A stretch of 64,000 nt of DNA from Raja brachyura. Its lineage: Eukaryota. Within the stretch, counting starts at the first letter, position 1; the number at the start of each line of letters is the position of its first letter. The notes under the pieces were generated by a model that did not search any database, had not been told where the DNA came from, and saw only the letters and a program-made list of their open reading frames with translations. Location: positions 51,584,001-51,648,000 of the forward strand of contig OY740798.1 of the NCBI GenBank assembly GCA_963514005.1. The letters run 5' to 3'. Both the position numbers and the translations under genes were made by a program. This document shows, one piece after another, positions 10,648-23,550 of the stretch.

Positions 10648-13558
10648 TGTGGCAGGGGGATGGGTACAAGAGCAGAGAGGCAGGTGGGTGTAAAACGAGG
10701 GTGGAAGCAATAGGGAGCAAGGTGAAAAGTAAAAGGGGTAAGAGCGTTGTAAAAACAAGCCTGAAGGCCTTGTGTCTCAATGCAAGGAGTATTCGTAATA
10801 AGGTGGATGAGTTGAACGTGCAGATAGCTATTAATGAGTATGATATAGTTGGGATCACGGAGACATGGCTCCAGGGTGACCAAGGCTGGGAGCTGAACAT
10901 CCAGGGGTATTCAATATTCAGGAGGGATAGAGAGAAAGGAAAAGGAGGTGGGGTAGCGTTGCTGGTTAGAGAGGAGATTAACGCAATGGAAAGGAAGGAC
11001 ATTAGCTTGGAGCATGTGGAATCGGTATGGGTAGAGCTGCGAAACACTAAGGGGCAGAAACGCTAGTGGGAGTTGTGTACAGGCCACCTAACAGTAGTAG
11101 TGAAGTTGGGGATGGTATAAAACAGGAAATTAGAAATGCGTGCGACAAAGGCAAAACAGTTATAATGGGTGACTTCAATCTACATATAGATTGGGTGAAT
11201 CAAATTGGCAGGGGCGCTGAGGAAGAGGATTTTTTGGAAAGTATGAGGGATAGTTATCTAAATCAACATGTAGAGGAACCAACGAGAGAGCAGGCTATTT
11301 TAGACTGGGTATTGAATAATGAGGAAGGGTTAGTTAGCAGTCTTATTGTGCGTGCCCCCTTGGGCAAGAGTGACCATAATATGGTCGAGTTCTTCATTAG
11401 GATGGAGAGTGACATTGTTAATTCAGAAACAATGGTTCTGAACTTAAGGAAAGGTAACTTTGAGGGTATGAGACGTGAATTGGCCAAGATTGACTGGCAA
11501 TCAATTCTAAAAGGGTTGACGGTGGATATGCAATGGAAGGCATTTAAAGACTGCATGGATGAACTACAAAAATTGTTCATCCCAATTTGGCAAAAGAATA
11601 GATCAGGGAAGGTAGTGCATCCGTGGATAACAAGGGAAATCAGGGATAGTATCAAAGCAAAGGATGATGCGTACAAAGTAGCCAGAAAAAGCAGCATACC
11701 AGAGGACTGGGAGAAATTCAGAGACCAGCAGAGAAGGACAAAGGGCTTGATTAGGAAAGGAAAAATAGATTATGAAAGAAAACTGGCAGAGAACATAAAA
11801 ACTGACTGCAAAAGTTTTTATAGATATGTGAAGAGAAAGAGATTAGTTAAAACAAATGTAGGTCCCTTGCAGTCAGAAACAGGTGAGTTGATCATGGGGA
11901 ACAAGGATATGGCGGACCAATTGAATAACTACTTTGGTTCCGTCTTCACAAAGGAACACATAAATAATCTGCCGGAAATAGCTGGGGACCGCAGGTCAAA
12001 GGAGTACTTGAGTGAAATCCAGGTCAGTCGGGAAGTGGTGTTGGGTAAATTGAATGGATTAAAGGCCGATAAATCCCCAGGGCCAGATAGGCTGCATCCC
12101 AGAGTACTTAAGGAAGTAGCTCCGGAAATAGTGGATGCATTAGTGATAATCTTTCAAAACTCTTTAGATTCTGGAGTAGTTCCTGAGGATTGGCGGGTAG
12201 CAAACGTAACCCCTCTTTTTAAGAAGGGGGGGTGAGAGAACGGGGAATTACAGACCAGTTAGTCTAACATCGGTAGTGGGGAAACTGCTAGAGTCAGTTA
12301 TTAAAGATGGGATAGCAGCACATTTGGAAAGTGGTGAAATCATTGGACAAAGTCAGCATGGATTTACGAAAGGTAAATCATGTCTGACGAATCTTGTGGA
12401 GTTTTTCGAGGATGTAACTAGTAGCGTGGATGGGGGAGAACCAGTGGATGTGCTGTATCTGGACTTCCAGAAGGCTTTCGACAAGGTCCCACATAAGCGA
12501 TTAGTATATAAACTTAAAGCATATGGCATTGGGGGTTCAATATTGATGTGGATAGAGAACTGGCTGGCAAACAGGAAGCAAAGAGTAGGAGTTAACGGGT
12601 CGTTTTCACAATGGCAGGCAGTGACTAGTGGGGTACCGCAAGGCTCAGTGCTGGGACCCCAGCTATTTACAATATACATTAATGATCTGGATGAGGGAAT
12701 TGAAGGCAATACTCCAAGTTTGCGGATGACACTAAGCTGGGTGGCAGTGTTAGCTGTGAGGAGGATGCTAGGAGAATGCAAGGTGACTTGGATAGGCTGG
12801 GTGAGTGGGCAAATGTTTGGCAGATGCAGTATAATGTGGATAAATGTGAGGTTATCCACTTTGGTGGCAAAAATAGGAAAACCGACTACTATCTAAATGG
12901 TGGCCGATTATGAAAAGGGGAGATGCAGCGCGACCTGGGTGTCATGGTACACCAGTCATTGAAAGTAGGCATGCAGGTACAGCAGGCAGTGAAGAAAGCC
13001 AATGGTATGTTAGCTTTCATAGCAAAAGGATTTGAGTACAGGAGCAGGGAGGTTCTACTTCAGTTGTATAGGGTCTTGGTGAGGCCACACCTGGAGTATT
13101 GCGTACAGTTCTGGTCTCCAAATCTGAGGAAGGACATTATTGCCATAGAGGGAGTGCAGCGAAGGTTCACCAGACTGATTCCTGGGATGTCAGGACTGTC
13201 TTATGAACAAAGACTGCATAGACTCGGTTTATACTCTCTAGAATTTAGGAGATTGAGAGGGGATCTTATAGAAACTTACAAGATTCTTAAGGGGTTGGAC
13301 AGGCTAGATGCAGGAAGATTGTTCCCAATGTTGGGGAGGTCCAGGACAAGGGGTCACAGCTTAAGGATAAGGGGGAAATCCTTTAGGACCGAGATGAGAA
13401 GGAATTTTTTCACACAGAGAGTGGTGGGTCTCTGGAACTCTCTGCCACAGAGGGTAGTTGAGGCCAGTTCATTGGATATATTTAAGAGGGAGTTAGATGT
13501 GGCCCTTGTGGCTAAGGGGATTAGAGGGTATGGAGAGAAGGCAGGTACGAGATACTGA
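10647..13558 (+). pseudogene. CR1 ORF2: APE endonuclease + reverse transcriptase (several frameshifts/stop)
   Basis: LNARSIRNK, GITETWL, MGDFN and SDH (EN). [21 protein letters not shown] and FADD (RT). Breaks at ~11063, ~12230, ~12710 and ~12911. Confidence 0.95.
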
Positions 13559-13751
13559 GTTGGATGATCAGCCATGATCATATTGAATGGTGGTGCAGGC
13601 TCGAAGGGCCGAATGGCCTATTCCTGCACCTAATTTCTATGTTTCTATGTTTCTATGAATAGGTATATGGATGGGAAGGGAATGGAGGGGTATGGTCTGA
13701 GTGCAGGTAGATGGGACTAGGGGAAAATGAATGGTTGGCACGGACTGGAAG

Positions 13752-15158
13752 ACGGGGAATTACAGACCAGTTAGTCTAACATCGGTAGTGGGGAAACTGC
13801 TAGTCAGTTATTAAAGATGGGATAGCAGCACATTTGGAAAGTGGTGAAATCATTGGACAAAGTCAGCATGGATTTACGAAAGATAAACCATGTCTGACGA
13901 ATCTTGTGGAATTTTTCGAGGATGTAACTAGTAGCGTGGATAGGGGAGAACCAGTGGATGTGGTGTATCTGGACTTCCAGAAGGCTTTCGACAAGGTCCC
14001 ACATAAGAGATTAGTATATAATCTTAAAGCATATGGCATTGGGGTTCAGTATTGATGTGGATAGAGAACTGGCTGGCAAACAGGAAGCAAAGAGTAGGAG
14101 TAAACGGGTCCTTTTCACAATGGCAGGCAGTGACTAGTGGGATACCGCAAGGCTCAGTGCTGGGACCCCAGCTATTTACAATATACATTAATGATCTGGA
14201 TGAGGGAATTGAAGGCAATATCTCCAAGTCTGTGGATGACACTAAGCTGGGGGGCAGTGTTAGCTGTGAGGAGGATGCTAGGAGACTGCAAGGTGACTTG
14301 GATAGGCTGGGTGAGTGGGCAAATGTTTGGCAGATGCAGTATAATGTGGATAAATGTGAGGTTTTCCACTTTGGTGGCAAAAATAGGAAAGCAGACTATT
14401 ATCTAAATGGTGGCCGATTAGGAAAAGGGGAGATGCAGTGTGAGCTGGGTGTCATGGTACACCAGTCATTGAAAGTAGGCATGCAGGTGCAGCAGGCAGT
14501 GAAGAAAGCGAATGGTATGTTAGCTTTCATAGCAAAAGGATTTGAGTATAGGAGAAGGGAGGTTCTACTTCAGTTGTATAGGGTCTTGGTGAGACCACAC
14601 CTGGAGTATTGTGTGCAGTTCTGGTCTCCAAATCTGAGGAAGGACATTATTGCCATACAGGGAGTGCAGAGAAGGTTCACCAGACTGATTCCTGGGATGT
14701 CAGGACTGTCTTATGAACAAAGACTGCATAGACTTGGTTTATACTCTCTAGAATTTAGGAGATTGAGAGGGGATCTTATAGAAACTTACAAAATTCTTAA
14801 GGGGTTGGAGAGGCTGGATGCAGGAAGATTGTTCCCGATGTTGGGGAGGTCCAGGACAAGGGGTCACAGCTTAAGGATAAGGGGGAAATCCTTTAGGACC
14901 GAGATGAGAAGGACTTTTTTCCTCACAGAGTGTGGTGGGTCTCTGGAACTCTCTGCCACAGAGGGTAGTTGAGGCCAGTTCATTGGCTATATTTAAGAGG
15001 GAGTTAGATGTGCCCTTGTGGCTAAGGGGATCAGAGGGTATGGAGAGAAGGCAGGTACAGGATACTGAGTTGGATGATCAGCCATGATCATATTGAATGG
15101 TGGTGCAGGCTCGAAGGGCCGAATGGCCTACTCCTGCACCTAATTTCTATGTTTCTAT
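13752..15158 (+). mobile_element. 5'-truncated CR1 of the same family, inserted in the 3' end of another CR1 family (13658-15215)
   Basis: Near-identical to 12240-13657. Flanked by (T)GGAAG duplication. The host fragment ends in (ATATGGTT)n. Confidence 0.9.
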
Positions 15159-15504
15159 GGAAGGGCCGAGAAGGCCTGTTTCCGTGCTGTAATTGTTATA
15201 TGGTTATATGGTTATTATCTTTGAATTCTAGTTTTATGTAATCCACCCATAATTTCTGAGTTCCATTTCAAAATATCTATCAGACATACAGAATGTTGCA
15301 AGGTAATATCTTGCCCAAACTCAGTTGTATCTTTCTATCTCAATAAATATCACAAAATAAGCCATTGTTTCAGCCACATTATGAAAAAATATAGAATGTA
15401 CGTTATTTGTTATCAGAAATCCCATCCCAGAAACAACAGTACTTAAAGAACATTTGTTTGACTAATTTACGAGCATGTACCATAGGTTGATCCATATCCA
15501 ACAA

Positions 15505-18500
15505 AATAGTAAGATTAAACAAGCTTACCAGTTTGGAGTTTGATCATTATTTTATGAGGAGTTACGATGAGCGATTTCATGAAGAACCCCACCAGTCCGC
15601 ATGCACGTCAATCCTCAAAGCAGCGGTGTGAAATCACAGAAGACCAACAATTGAAGTATTATAGTAAGGTTATAAGTCTAGAACTACCAGATGAGTTTCG
15701 TGATATGAGGGTTGGGAGCGGTGGGCACGTAATCGCTCATCGAAACTCCTCATAAAATAAAGATCAAACTTCACACTGGTAAGTTCTCGTTAAATCTTAC
15801 TATTTTACTTCCACATCTCTTTTTCACTTTTCTACTTTCTTTGCTGGTATTTCTCGCTCTTTTCTCTCTTTTCTAAAGCCTTAAAAAAATTAAGGGGTAC
15901 AATGACTGTAATACAATATAAGGGATGTACACTGATGTAAATTACGTTACCTCTAATAAATAAAGATATTTTTAAAACATATTTTTAAAATCTTACTATT
16001 TTACTTCGGAGTCACGTGAGTGATTCCGTGAAGGCTTTAAAGGTCTGTGATTTCACACTGATCCAAATCCAGGCGTTTCACACTGCAAGCAGTTGACTCA
16101 GGAGGAGTGAATTAGTAACAACATTGGTTCATGATACTGATTAACATGTCAATGTTTCAATTCACAAATAACAAAATATATACAATAGCGACTCCTCTCT
16201 CCCAGGGAGAAACATAGAAAATAGAAACATAGAAATAGGTGTAGGAGGAGGCCATTCGGCCCTTCGAGCCAGCACCGCATAAATAATATGAACCAAAGGT
16301 TCAGAAGCTATGAACCAAAGTTTAACACAGAGTGGGCGAACACCCCGGATTCAACAAGCGGCTTGTTGTAGAACCTCTGAAATGTCGATTCATTTGACCA
16401 TCCTGCGGCCGCGAGAATATGGTCTAGAGGGACGTCCATTGCCCTCGCCGCTGACGTTGATGCTGCCCTGGTGGAGAGGGATTTAAAGTTTTGAGTATAA
16501 ACTCCTGCACATCCCAGGACTTGCTTCAGCCATCGTGAAATGGGCTGAGATGAAACTTGCTTATGTGGCTTTTTGCGGCTGATAAATTGTGCTACCTCTG
16601 AGCCTCTTCGTGACGTCAATATAGCGTTTTAAGTGCGCCACTACACACAGCCATGAATCTGTGGGATGAGCTGACAATTCAAGCTTGTATCCAGACACCC
16701 CTGGTCTGCTCTGTTTGGGTAAGTCATAGATGTGAAATGAAACGTCATTCTGTGATGACACCATCCTGTCCAGACGCAGTTTTGTGGAGAGTCTGAACCC
16801 TTTGCGCTGAAGTAAGCACCGTGAGCATAACCAATTTGAGGGTGATCCGTGGTAAGGATAATGATGTGGCTGTTCCCCATTGACGGAGCACCGTGAGTAC
16901 CTTGCTCACATCCCAGATTTGAGAGTACCTAGGCCTAGGAGGATTTGAATTAAACACTCCCTTCATGAATCGTGATATTAACGGGTGGGACCCTAATGGT
17001 TGGAGTCCTGACCCTGGCACAGGTACGCTGACAGGGCACTCCTGGCACTGTTGGTGGCACTATAGCACAACCCTTCATTGCTGTGTAAGTGGGATAGGAA
17101 TTCTAGCACATCTGGGATGGAGGCTGTGTGGTAAGTGATGTTCCCCTGTAAGCAAAATTCTTCCCATTTCCTGATATGGGAGATGTACTGCCTTTTTGTG
17201 CTATCCCACCAGGATGACGTGATGATAGCCACAGTCTGATCGGATAGTCCCAGACCCAGGTACGGCCTTCTTAAAATCTGCAAATCAACAAATTTACACG
17301 ATCATTCAATGGGTGTGGATCCCCAGTCACAGGGTGCACCAATAAATTTTTTTGTTTTGGAACCACCATGATAGGGTGGTTCCTATAAGCGGGAACCATG
17401 GCTGTGTAGGCCAGTCGGGTGCCACCAAGACCCCTGTAGCGGTGTCCTGCTTGATCTTAGTCAGGCACCGGCTGATGAGGCAGAGGGGGGGAAAGGCATA
17501 TAAAAACATTCCGCCCCAGTGCAGTGAGAACACATTCACCGCCACTGCCCCTGGGTCTGGTTCGCATGAAACATACTTCGGTACATGGTGATTAAGTCTG
17601 GATGCAAACAAATCGATATCTGGCATCCCATACCAACGGATAATTTTGTCAAATACATCTTGATTCAACATCCACTCAGTGTTGTCGTTGTATTTGCATG
17701 ACCTGGTTTCTGCCACCATATTGAGTCTGCCTGGCAAGTAGACAGCTGAAATCCAAATATTCTTTTGAATGCACCAGTACCAAATACTGCTAGCCAATCC
17801 GTCACATGATTTCGACTTGATTCCACCCATATGATTGACATACGCCACTGCGGTGGTGTTGTCAATCTGCAGCTGAACATGTAAGTAATAACCCAAGGTA
17901 CTGGTTTCATCAACTTTGTAAATAAGCAAGGGGCTGAGGTCAATCCATTAGGTAGAGCTCGAAATTGCCACAATTGTCCCATCCAGTTACATTTCAAATA
18001 TCTGCGATAGTCTTTATGAACAGGCACTAAATAATACGCATCTTGGAGATTTATACATGCCATATAACACCCCCTGGAAAGTTGCTTGGCAGTAGCAAAT
18101 GTTTCCATTTTTAAATGCTGATACTGCACAAACGGGTTAAGTCCTGTTAGGTCCAAGATAATCCTACATCCACCATCCTTCTTTGGTTTAGGGAACACAT
18201 TAAACACGAATTGATGAGCCTGATAAATTGTTTTCTCAATTACTCCCTTGAAGCATAATTTTGCTATTTCAGCTTGTCCGTTTGTGAGAAGATGAGTGCC
18301 CATTTTGGTTTGTGCTGGGTGGGTGGACACAGGTTGGGAATAAATTCAATTTTAAACCCTTGAATACTCTGCAGTATAAACACATTCTATGTTATTTTAT
18401 ACCATTTTCCCCGAGACCCCGTGTAACCTCCATCCAACTGGGAGGCAATTCTCTCTCAATATGTTTCGACAAGAGCCAGACCCACCTACCTCCATGGTTA

Positions 18501-19804
18501 CCGGTAGAGCTCTTTGCCTGGTTCTGGGTGGTAAAGGCACGTTTCACCTTGCTCCCGCTGGGGAGCGCCAGCTGCGGACATTAAACGGTCGGCTTGGTCC
18601 GTGCCCAGCCTCGGCCTCAGCAAACCGCTTGTAGGGATACCGCCGTCGGAGGGTTCTGCTGGTCACTGGCACCTTGATGAGCCTGACGGTTTTGGCCTCG
18701 TCGTCCAGCTCCTTTACCCTTTTGGCCAGGTCTTCCCCAAATAATAGGTTCGGCGGCTGGACGTTGCCAGGCTTGCAAATGGCAGCAAACCTGGGATTAA
18801 TGGTGGGGCGGATGGCGCTCTTTCTGAGACAATTAATCTCAAAGTGCACATTGCACATGAGAGCCAGGGCATCCTGCTGAACTTCAGTCAGGAGCCCACC
18901 ATCCACCGACTTACCGAAAGTCGTTATTTCAGATACCAGTAGCTTGAGCACCCGCTGCAATTTAATCTCCTGTGCCCGCATGCCTACCCCCATGTGGCCC
19001 CAAATGGCATGGTTTACTGTCGGCACCTTCAGCAGAATACAGTTCTCTGGGGTCTCGTATTTTTTGGCAGTAGTGTCCATGGCCAGCTCCTGGAGCTGGT
19101 GGGAGGCCAGGTAATTTATGCTGGCAGCCAGCTCCTCCCCAAGCGGCTCGCCAGAGTCTGTGGGATTCCGTGGGGCAGCCTCCATCGCTGAACCCTCTGA
19201 ATCGGCGTCAGATTCAACCTGACCCGGTATGCTCTCCTCATCCTGGAGGGAGATACTTGGCAGCGCTGTCGGTGCTGCTGGCGCGGGCTCTTGGAGAGGC
19301 CGGCGCTATTGATGGAGCATCCTCTCCAACGGGAAGTCCATCCTGGATACCCGTTCCGCGGTATCCATGCTGAGGGTCGAAACCTCTCGGCCGGACTCGT
19401 CCAAGTCTAGCGGCCGGACGAGTTTCGGGTGGCCTTGCGCCTTACACTGTAGGTACAGTGTTTTCAGACACCAAGTCTGTGGTCGTTGGTTTGACAACCA
19501 GCGACTCCGTGGATGAGCTAGGCGGCCGCCTGCTACCCGCACTCCCGCGGGCTTCAGATATTTTCGCCACGGCTCACCTCGCTGTTCCAGATTTATTCAT
19601 GTTTGTACTTGCCCTCCTGCAACAAGAATTACCAAACGCAGAGACCTCGCACAAGTTTATCACTTACCTGAGGCTTTTTAAACTCACCGCTGGAGAAGCG
19701 CTGCTCCTCCCAGCCGGTTGCTGCGCCATGCGTCAGATGTAATGACGCGCACGCCGACTGGCTGGGTTCTTCACGGAATCACTCAAGTGACTCCGAAGTA
19801 AAAT
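15505..19804 (-). mobile_element. DIRS1-type retrotransposon (degenerate, RT partly deleted)
   Basis: Termini match DIRS ends (CTCCGAAGTAAAAT at ~19791-19804; AATAGTAAGATT at 15505). gag 18544-19600, RT/RH 17665-18330, MT 17327-17929 (PDIDLFASRLN, YAFPP), YR 16308-17283. ICR ~15726-16032. Confidence 0.92.
15812..15987 (+). mobile_element. Short retroposed insert (L1-type 3' end) with 20-bp TSD inside the DIRS ICR
   Basis: AAATCTTACTATTTTACTTC duplicated at 15792-15811 and 15988-16007. AATAAA near the 3' end; target TT/AAA. Confidence 0.7.
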
Positions 19805-20025
19805 GGTATGATAATTGCTTAAAATGTATTATTGTTTAAGAAATTTGGTGTGGAATGATAATCCATCTCAGTACTCATTTAGGCATTAGATACTTTTCCC
19901 CACCCCCAATCCCCCTCGCCCGATCTTCATTGAACCTACTCAGCTGCTGTAACGTTTCCTTCCTATCAAAATCTCTGTGTGGGATCTCTGTCGCTATCTT
20001 CCAATTCCAACTTTGAAAAAAAAAC

Positions 20026-20573
20026 TTTCGACAAATATTTTGCAGCAGGATCGCTATATAATTACAAATATATGGTCTTTTATCCTAGCATCACCCCCCC
20101 CCCCCCCCCCCCTTACCGCCACACAAGAAGCATAACTTGAAGCGTTTACACTTGGAGAAGTTCGATACGGACCAGGAATGAAAATTAATAGCTATGAATC
20201 GATTAACAGCAAGCTACGAGGTGAGATTGAAACACCTGTCAGTGGGCTAAGAAACAATCCCGAGTTGACGGCGTATTGTTTTACGTGAGCATTTTGGAGC
20301 GACCTCACGTTATATTCTGGTTAAATATTCTTTCCACGGAAATTTCCTATTTTACTTTGAAATTGTATTCATTTATAACCGTTTGTAACATCAGTAACCC
20401 CCTTAATGTCCGTGCGTTTAGTACGGGGTATGCTTGAAACTATTTATTGTAATGTACTGTATCTTTAACAAAAACTACATCACCCAGGTGTGAAAATTAC
20501 ACTGAATCGAACGATGATTGAAAATGCGTGGGAATCGACTAATCACGATCCTGCTGCAAAATGTTTGTCGAAA
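20026..20573. mobile_element. MITE-like element with 28-bp inverted repeats
   Basis: TTTCGACAAATATTTTGCAGCAGGATCG (20026-20053) vs CGATCCTGCTGCAAAATGTTTGTCGAAA (20546-20573), 1 mismatch. No TSD resolved. Confidence 0.65.
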
Positions 20574-20578
20574 ACTGT

Positions 20579-22220
20579 ATTTTACTTCGGAGTCACGTGA
20601 GTGACTACGTGAAGAAGGCCGTCCGCACGCATGCGCATCATTATGTCTGACGCATTGAGCAACGACTGGCTGGCGGGCGCGTCGCTCCTTCCAGCGGGTA
20701 AGTTTAAAGGCTCGGGCAAGTGTTTAAAACGTAGCTGAAGTCGTTGCTCCCGGTCCGGAGTGTGTTTGCTTACCGTTTTTTCAGCTTTGAATTGCGGGAG
20801 ACATGTCTAAAGTGAAGAGGCGAGCCGCGACCAAACCAGCTGCGGAAGACCGCGGGACTGCGGGCAGCGTGCGGCTGCCAAATTCGCCTACAGGGCCGCT
20901 GGCAGAACTTGGTGCTGCCAGAAAGCACCTTGGCTACTCCACTATGGGCAGGCTGGCCCACATGGAGAACCTAGTGGAGAGGTTACTCCAGCACGATATG
21001 CTCCACACGACGGAGCTATCGGAGCCCGGGGAGTATATAGAACCCGAGGCAGCAGCACCTGTGTCAGGGCTGCATTATATCTCCCTATCAGATGAAGGGA
21101 GCGTACGAGGTCAGTGCTATACTGACCCAGAGTAGGGAGGCACAGTTGGGCAAGAGGAAACATTGGGTGTACCATCTATGGCATCCAGATTTGCGGTCCC
21201 TGCCCTCACAGGTGAGCCATTGGACGAAGAGCTTGCAATGACCATTAATTATCTGCCTTCCCATCAACTTCAAGCACAAACGATGGAGGAGACAACTGCC
21301 AGGGATCACACTCCACTAAACTGTGCCTCAATAAGTATCCCGGTTGTTAACCAATCCATTTGGGGACACATTGGAGGGGGCGCCAGAGCCCAAGAGGTTA
21401 AAATCCAAAGAGTACTCGGGCTACTCGCCTCAGGCATCACGGCCTTTGCTAGGTCAGTAGAGGGGGCGCCCCTCTCGGATACACAGCAGGACGCGATGGC
21501 ATTAATGTGCAATGTACATTTTGAAATCAATTGCATTAGAACGAATGCCATCCGTCCTGCTATAAATTCTAAATTTGCTGGGCTATGCAAGCCGGGGAAT
21601 GTACAACCCCCAAACCTCCTGTTCGGAGAGGACCTGTCTAAACAGGTAAAAGAGCTCGATGAGGATGCAAAGACTGTTAGCCTCATGAAGGCACCTCTGA
21701 AGGTATTGTCTTTCCAGAGACTGTACCCCTACCCTCCTCTTCATACCAAACGGTTAGCTGGATATGGCGGACGTGGTGCTGAGCAACAAGCACAGAGGCC
21801 TTTTTTAGGGCAGGGTCCAAGCCAGGCCATGTTCAAGATGCGCCGCCCTCCAACAGCCCTACCCGCTGGACCTCGGGGGCAGAAGTAGAGACCTTACCGC
21901 CTGTAACCTCTAAGGTAAGTGAGCCTGCGATGAATACATTACAAGTTGGGATGCGATTGCAATTTTTCGTACATGAATGGCTTTGGATAACATCTAACCC
22001 GTTTATACTGCATAGCATTCAAGGTTTCCAAATTGAGTTCATTTCTTACTTGCTTCCACCCACTCACCATACACCTGGCTGTACTTTTGTGTTTTCACAA
22101 CAGGAGTGTATGAGTGCACAATGAGAACTGGACTCTTTGTTCAAAAAAGGGGTAATTGTGTCTGGGGTCAGTCAACCACATGGTAGGGTCTCACCCTTTA
22201 ATAACCAAGTTTATAAAGGA
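20579..22220 (+). mobile_element. DIRS1-type retrotransposon, 5' part (left ITR, gag, start of pol); truncated at assembly gap
   Basis: Starts ATTTTACTTCGGAGTCACGTGAGTGA. gag 20803-21888 is homologous to the gag at 18544-19185 (CKPGNVQPPNLLFGEDL). pol start (QGFQIEF). Confidence 0.9.
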
Positions 22221-22564
22221 GGGGGGGGAGGNNNNNNNNNNNNNNNNNNNNNNNNNNNNNNNNNNNNNNNNNNNNNNNNNNNNNNNNNNNNNNNNNNNNN
22301 NNNNNNNNNNNNNNNNNNNNNNNNNNNNNNNNNNNNNNNNNNNNNNNNNNNNNNNNNNNNNNNNNNNNNNNNNNNNNNNNNNNNNNNNNNNNNNNNNNNN
22401 NNNNNNNNNNNNNNNNNNNNNNNNNNNNNNNNNNNNNNNNNNNNNNNNNNNNNNNNNNNNNNNNNNNNNNNNNNNNNNNNNNNNNNNNNNNNNNNNNNNN
22501 NNNNNNNNNNNNNNNNNNNNNNNNNNNNNNNNNNNNNNNNNNNNNNNNNNNNNNNNNNNNNNNN

Positions 22565-23026
22565 GAGGGGGGAGGAGGAGAGGGGGGAGGAGGAGAGGGG
22601 GGAGGAGGAGAGGGGGAGGAGGAGAGGGGGGGGGAGGAGAGGGGGGAGGAGGAGAGGGGGGGGGGAGAGGGGGGGGAGAGGAGGGGGGGGGGGGAGGGGG
22701 GGGGGGGAGGGGGGGGGGGGGGGGGGGAGGGGGGGGGGAGGGGGGGGGGGGAGAGGGGGGGGGAGAGGGGGGGGAGAGGGGGGGGGGGAGGAGGAGGGGG
22801 GGGGGGGGGGGAGGGGGGGGGGGGAGAGGGGGGGGGAGAGGGGGGGGAGAGGGGGGGGGGAGGAGGAGGGGGGGGGGGAGGAGGAGGGGGGGGGGAGGAG
22901 GGGGGGGGGGAGGAGGGGGGGGGGGAGGAGGGGGGGGGGGGGAGGAGGGGGGGGGGGAGGAGGGGGGGGGGAGGAGGGGGAGGGGGGAGGGGGGAGGGGG
23001 GAGGGGGGGGGGGAGAGAGAGAGAGA
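22565..23026 (+). repeat. G/A-only low-complexity tract (GGAGAGG/GGGGA-type) ending in (GA)7
   Basis: Purine-only sequence next to an assembly gap. Confidence 0.9.
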
Positions 23027-23550
23027 TCGTGTTTTCTTCTCAGCTCTGCAGTTGAGAAGGATTGAAGCAGCCTTTCAAGGATTTTGCCGTTGGAGAGGGC
23101 ACAGACCCAAGGGGGCTTCATAGTTCAACTTATTGTTGGGCTGTTGAAGCTTTTCTCTGGTCTGGGAAGCCTCCATCTGTGTGAAGATTCCTGAGTTTCT
23201 CCACATTGTCGAGGGTGCGGTTGTCGCTGGCGGATTGCCAATAGTGCCTGTGATCGTGGGTTTGGAATATTGGCGGTGTCTTTGTTGTTTTTAGAGCCGT
23301 TTCTCTGCCCTAAAGTCATTTTGCTCAGTGCGGCTGCCTGGCTTAATGTGAAGAAGGTACTTGTGCTTCCGGCGTGACTGCGATAGAGCTTTCCAAAAGC
23401 TGCTCTTGGCTGTGGACGATCCTGGGGACTTTCCTGCTTCTGCTGGAGGTTTCTGTTTTCTGCTGCCTGTCTTTGACTGTGACTGTCTCTGGGACTTAAC
23501 TTGGAGCTGTGCTGCTGAGGTGCCTGGAGCTGGTTTGTGCCTCTGTGAGG

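Larger units (their letters stand above)
8943..13657 (+). mobile_element. Near-full-length CR1 LINE with tandem-monomer 5' UTR
   Basis: 5' 80-bp tandem repeats, ORF1, ORF2 (TAATG overlap at 10645-10649) and a (TTCTATGT)n tail. Contains an assembly gap at 9538-9695. Confidence 0.9.

Noticed and set aside
12353-14380. Antisense ORFs of 100-170 aa over CR1 (and similar ones over Tx1/Penelope)
   Set aside because: Shadow frames of retroelement coding sequence with no independent motifs.
22137-23123. Long Gly/Arg/Glu- and Pro-rich ORFs
   Set aside because: Translations of an N gap plus a G/A low-complexity tract; not genes. The tract itself abuts a gap and may be poorly base-called, so G-quadruplex claims were not pursued.
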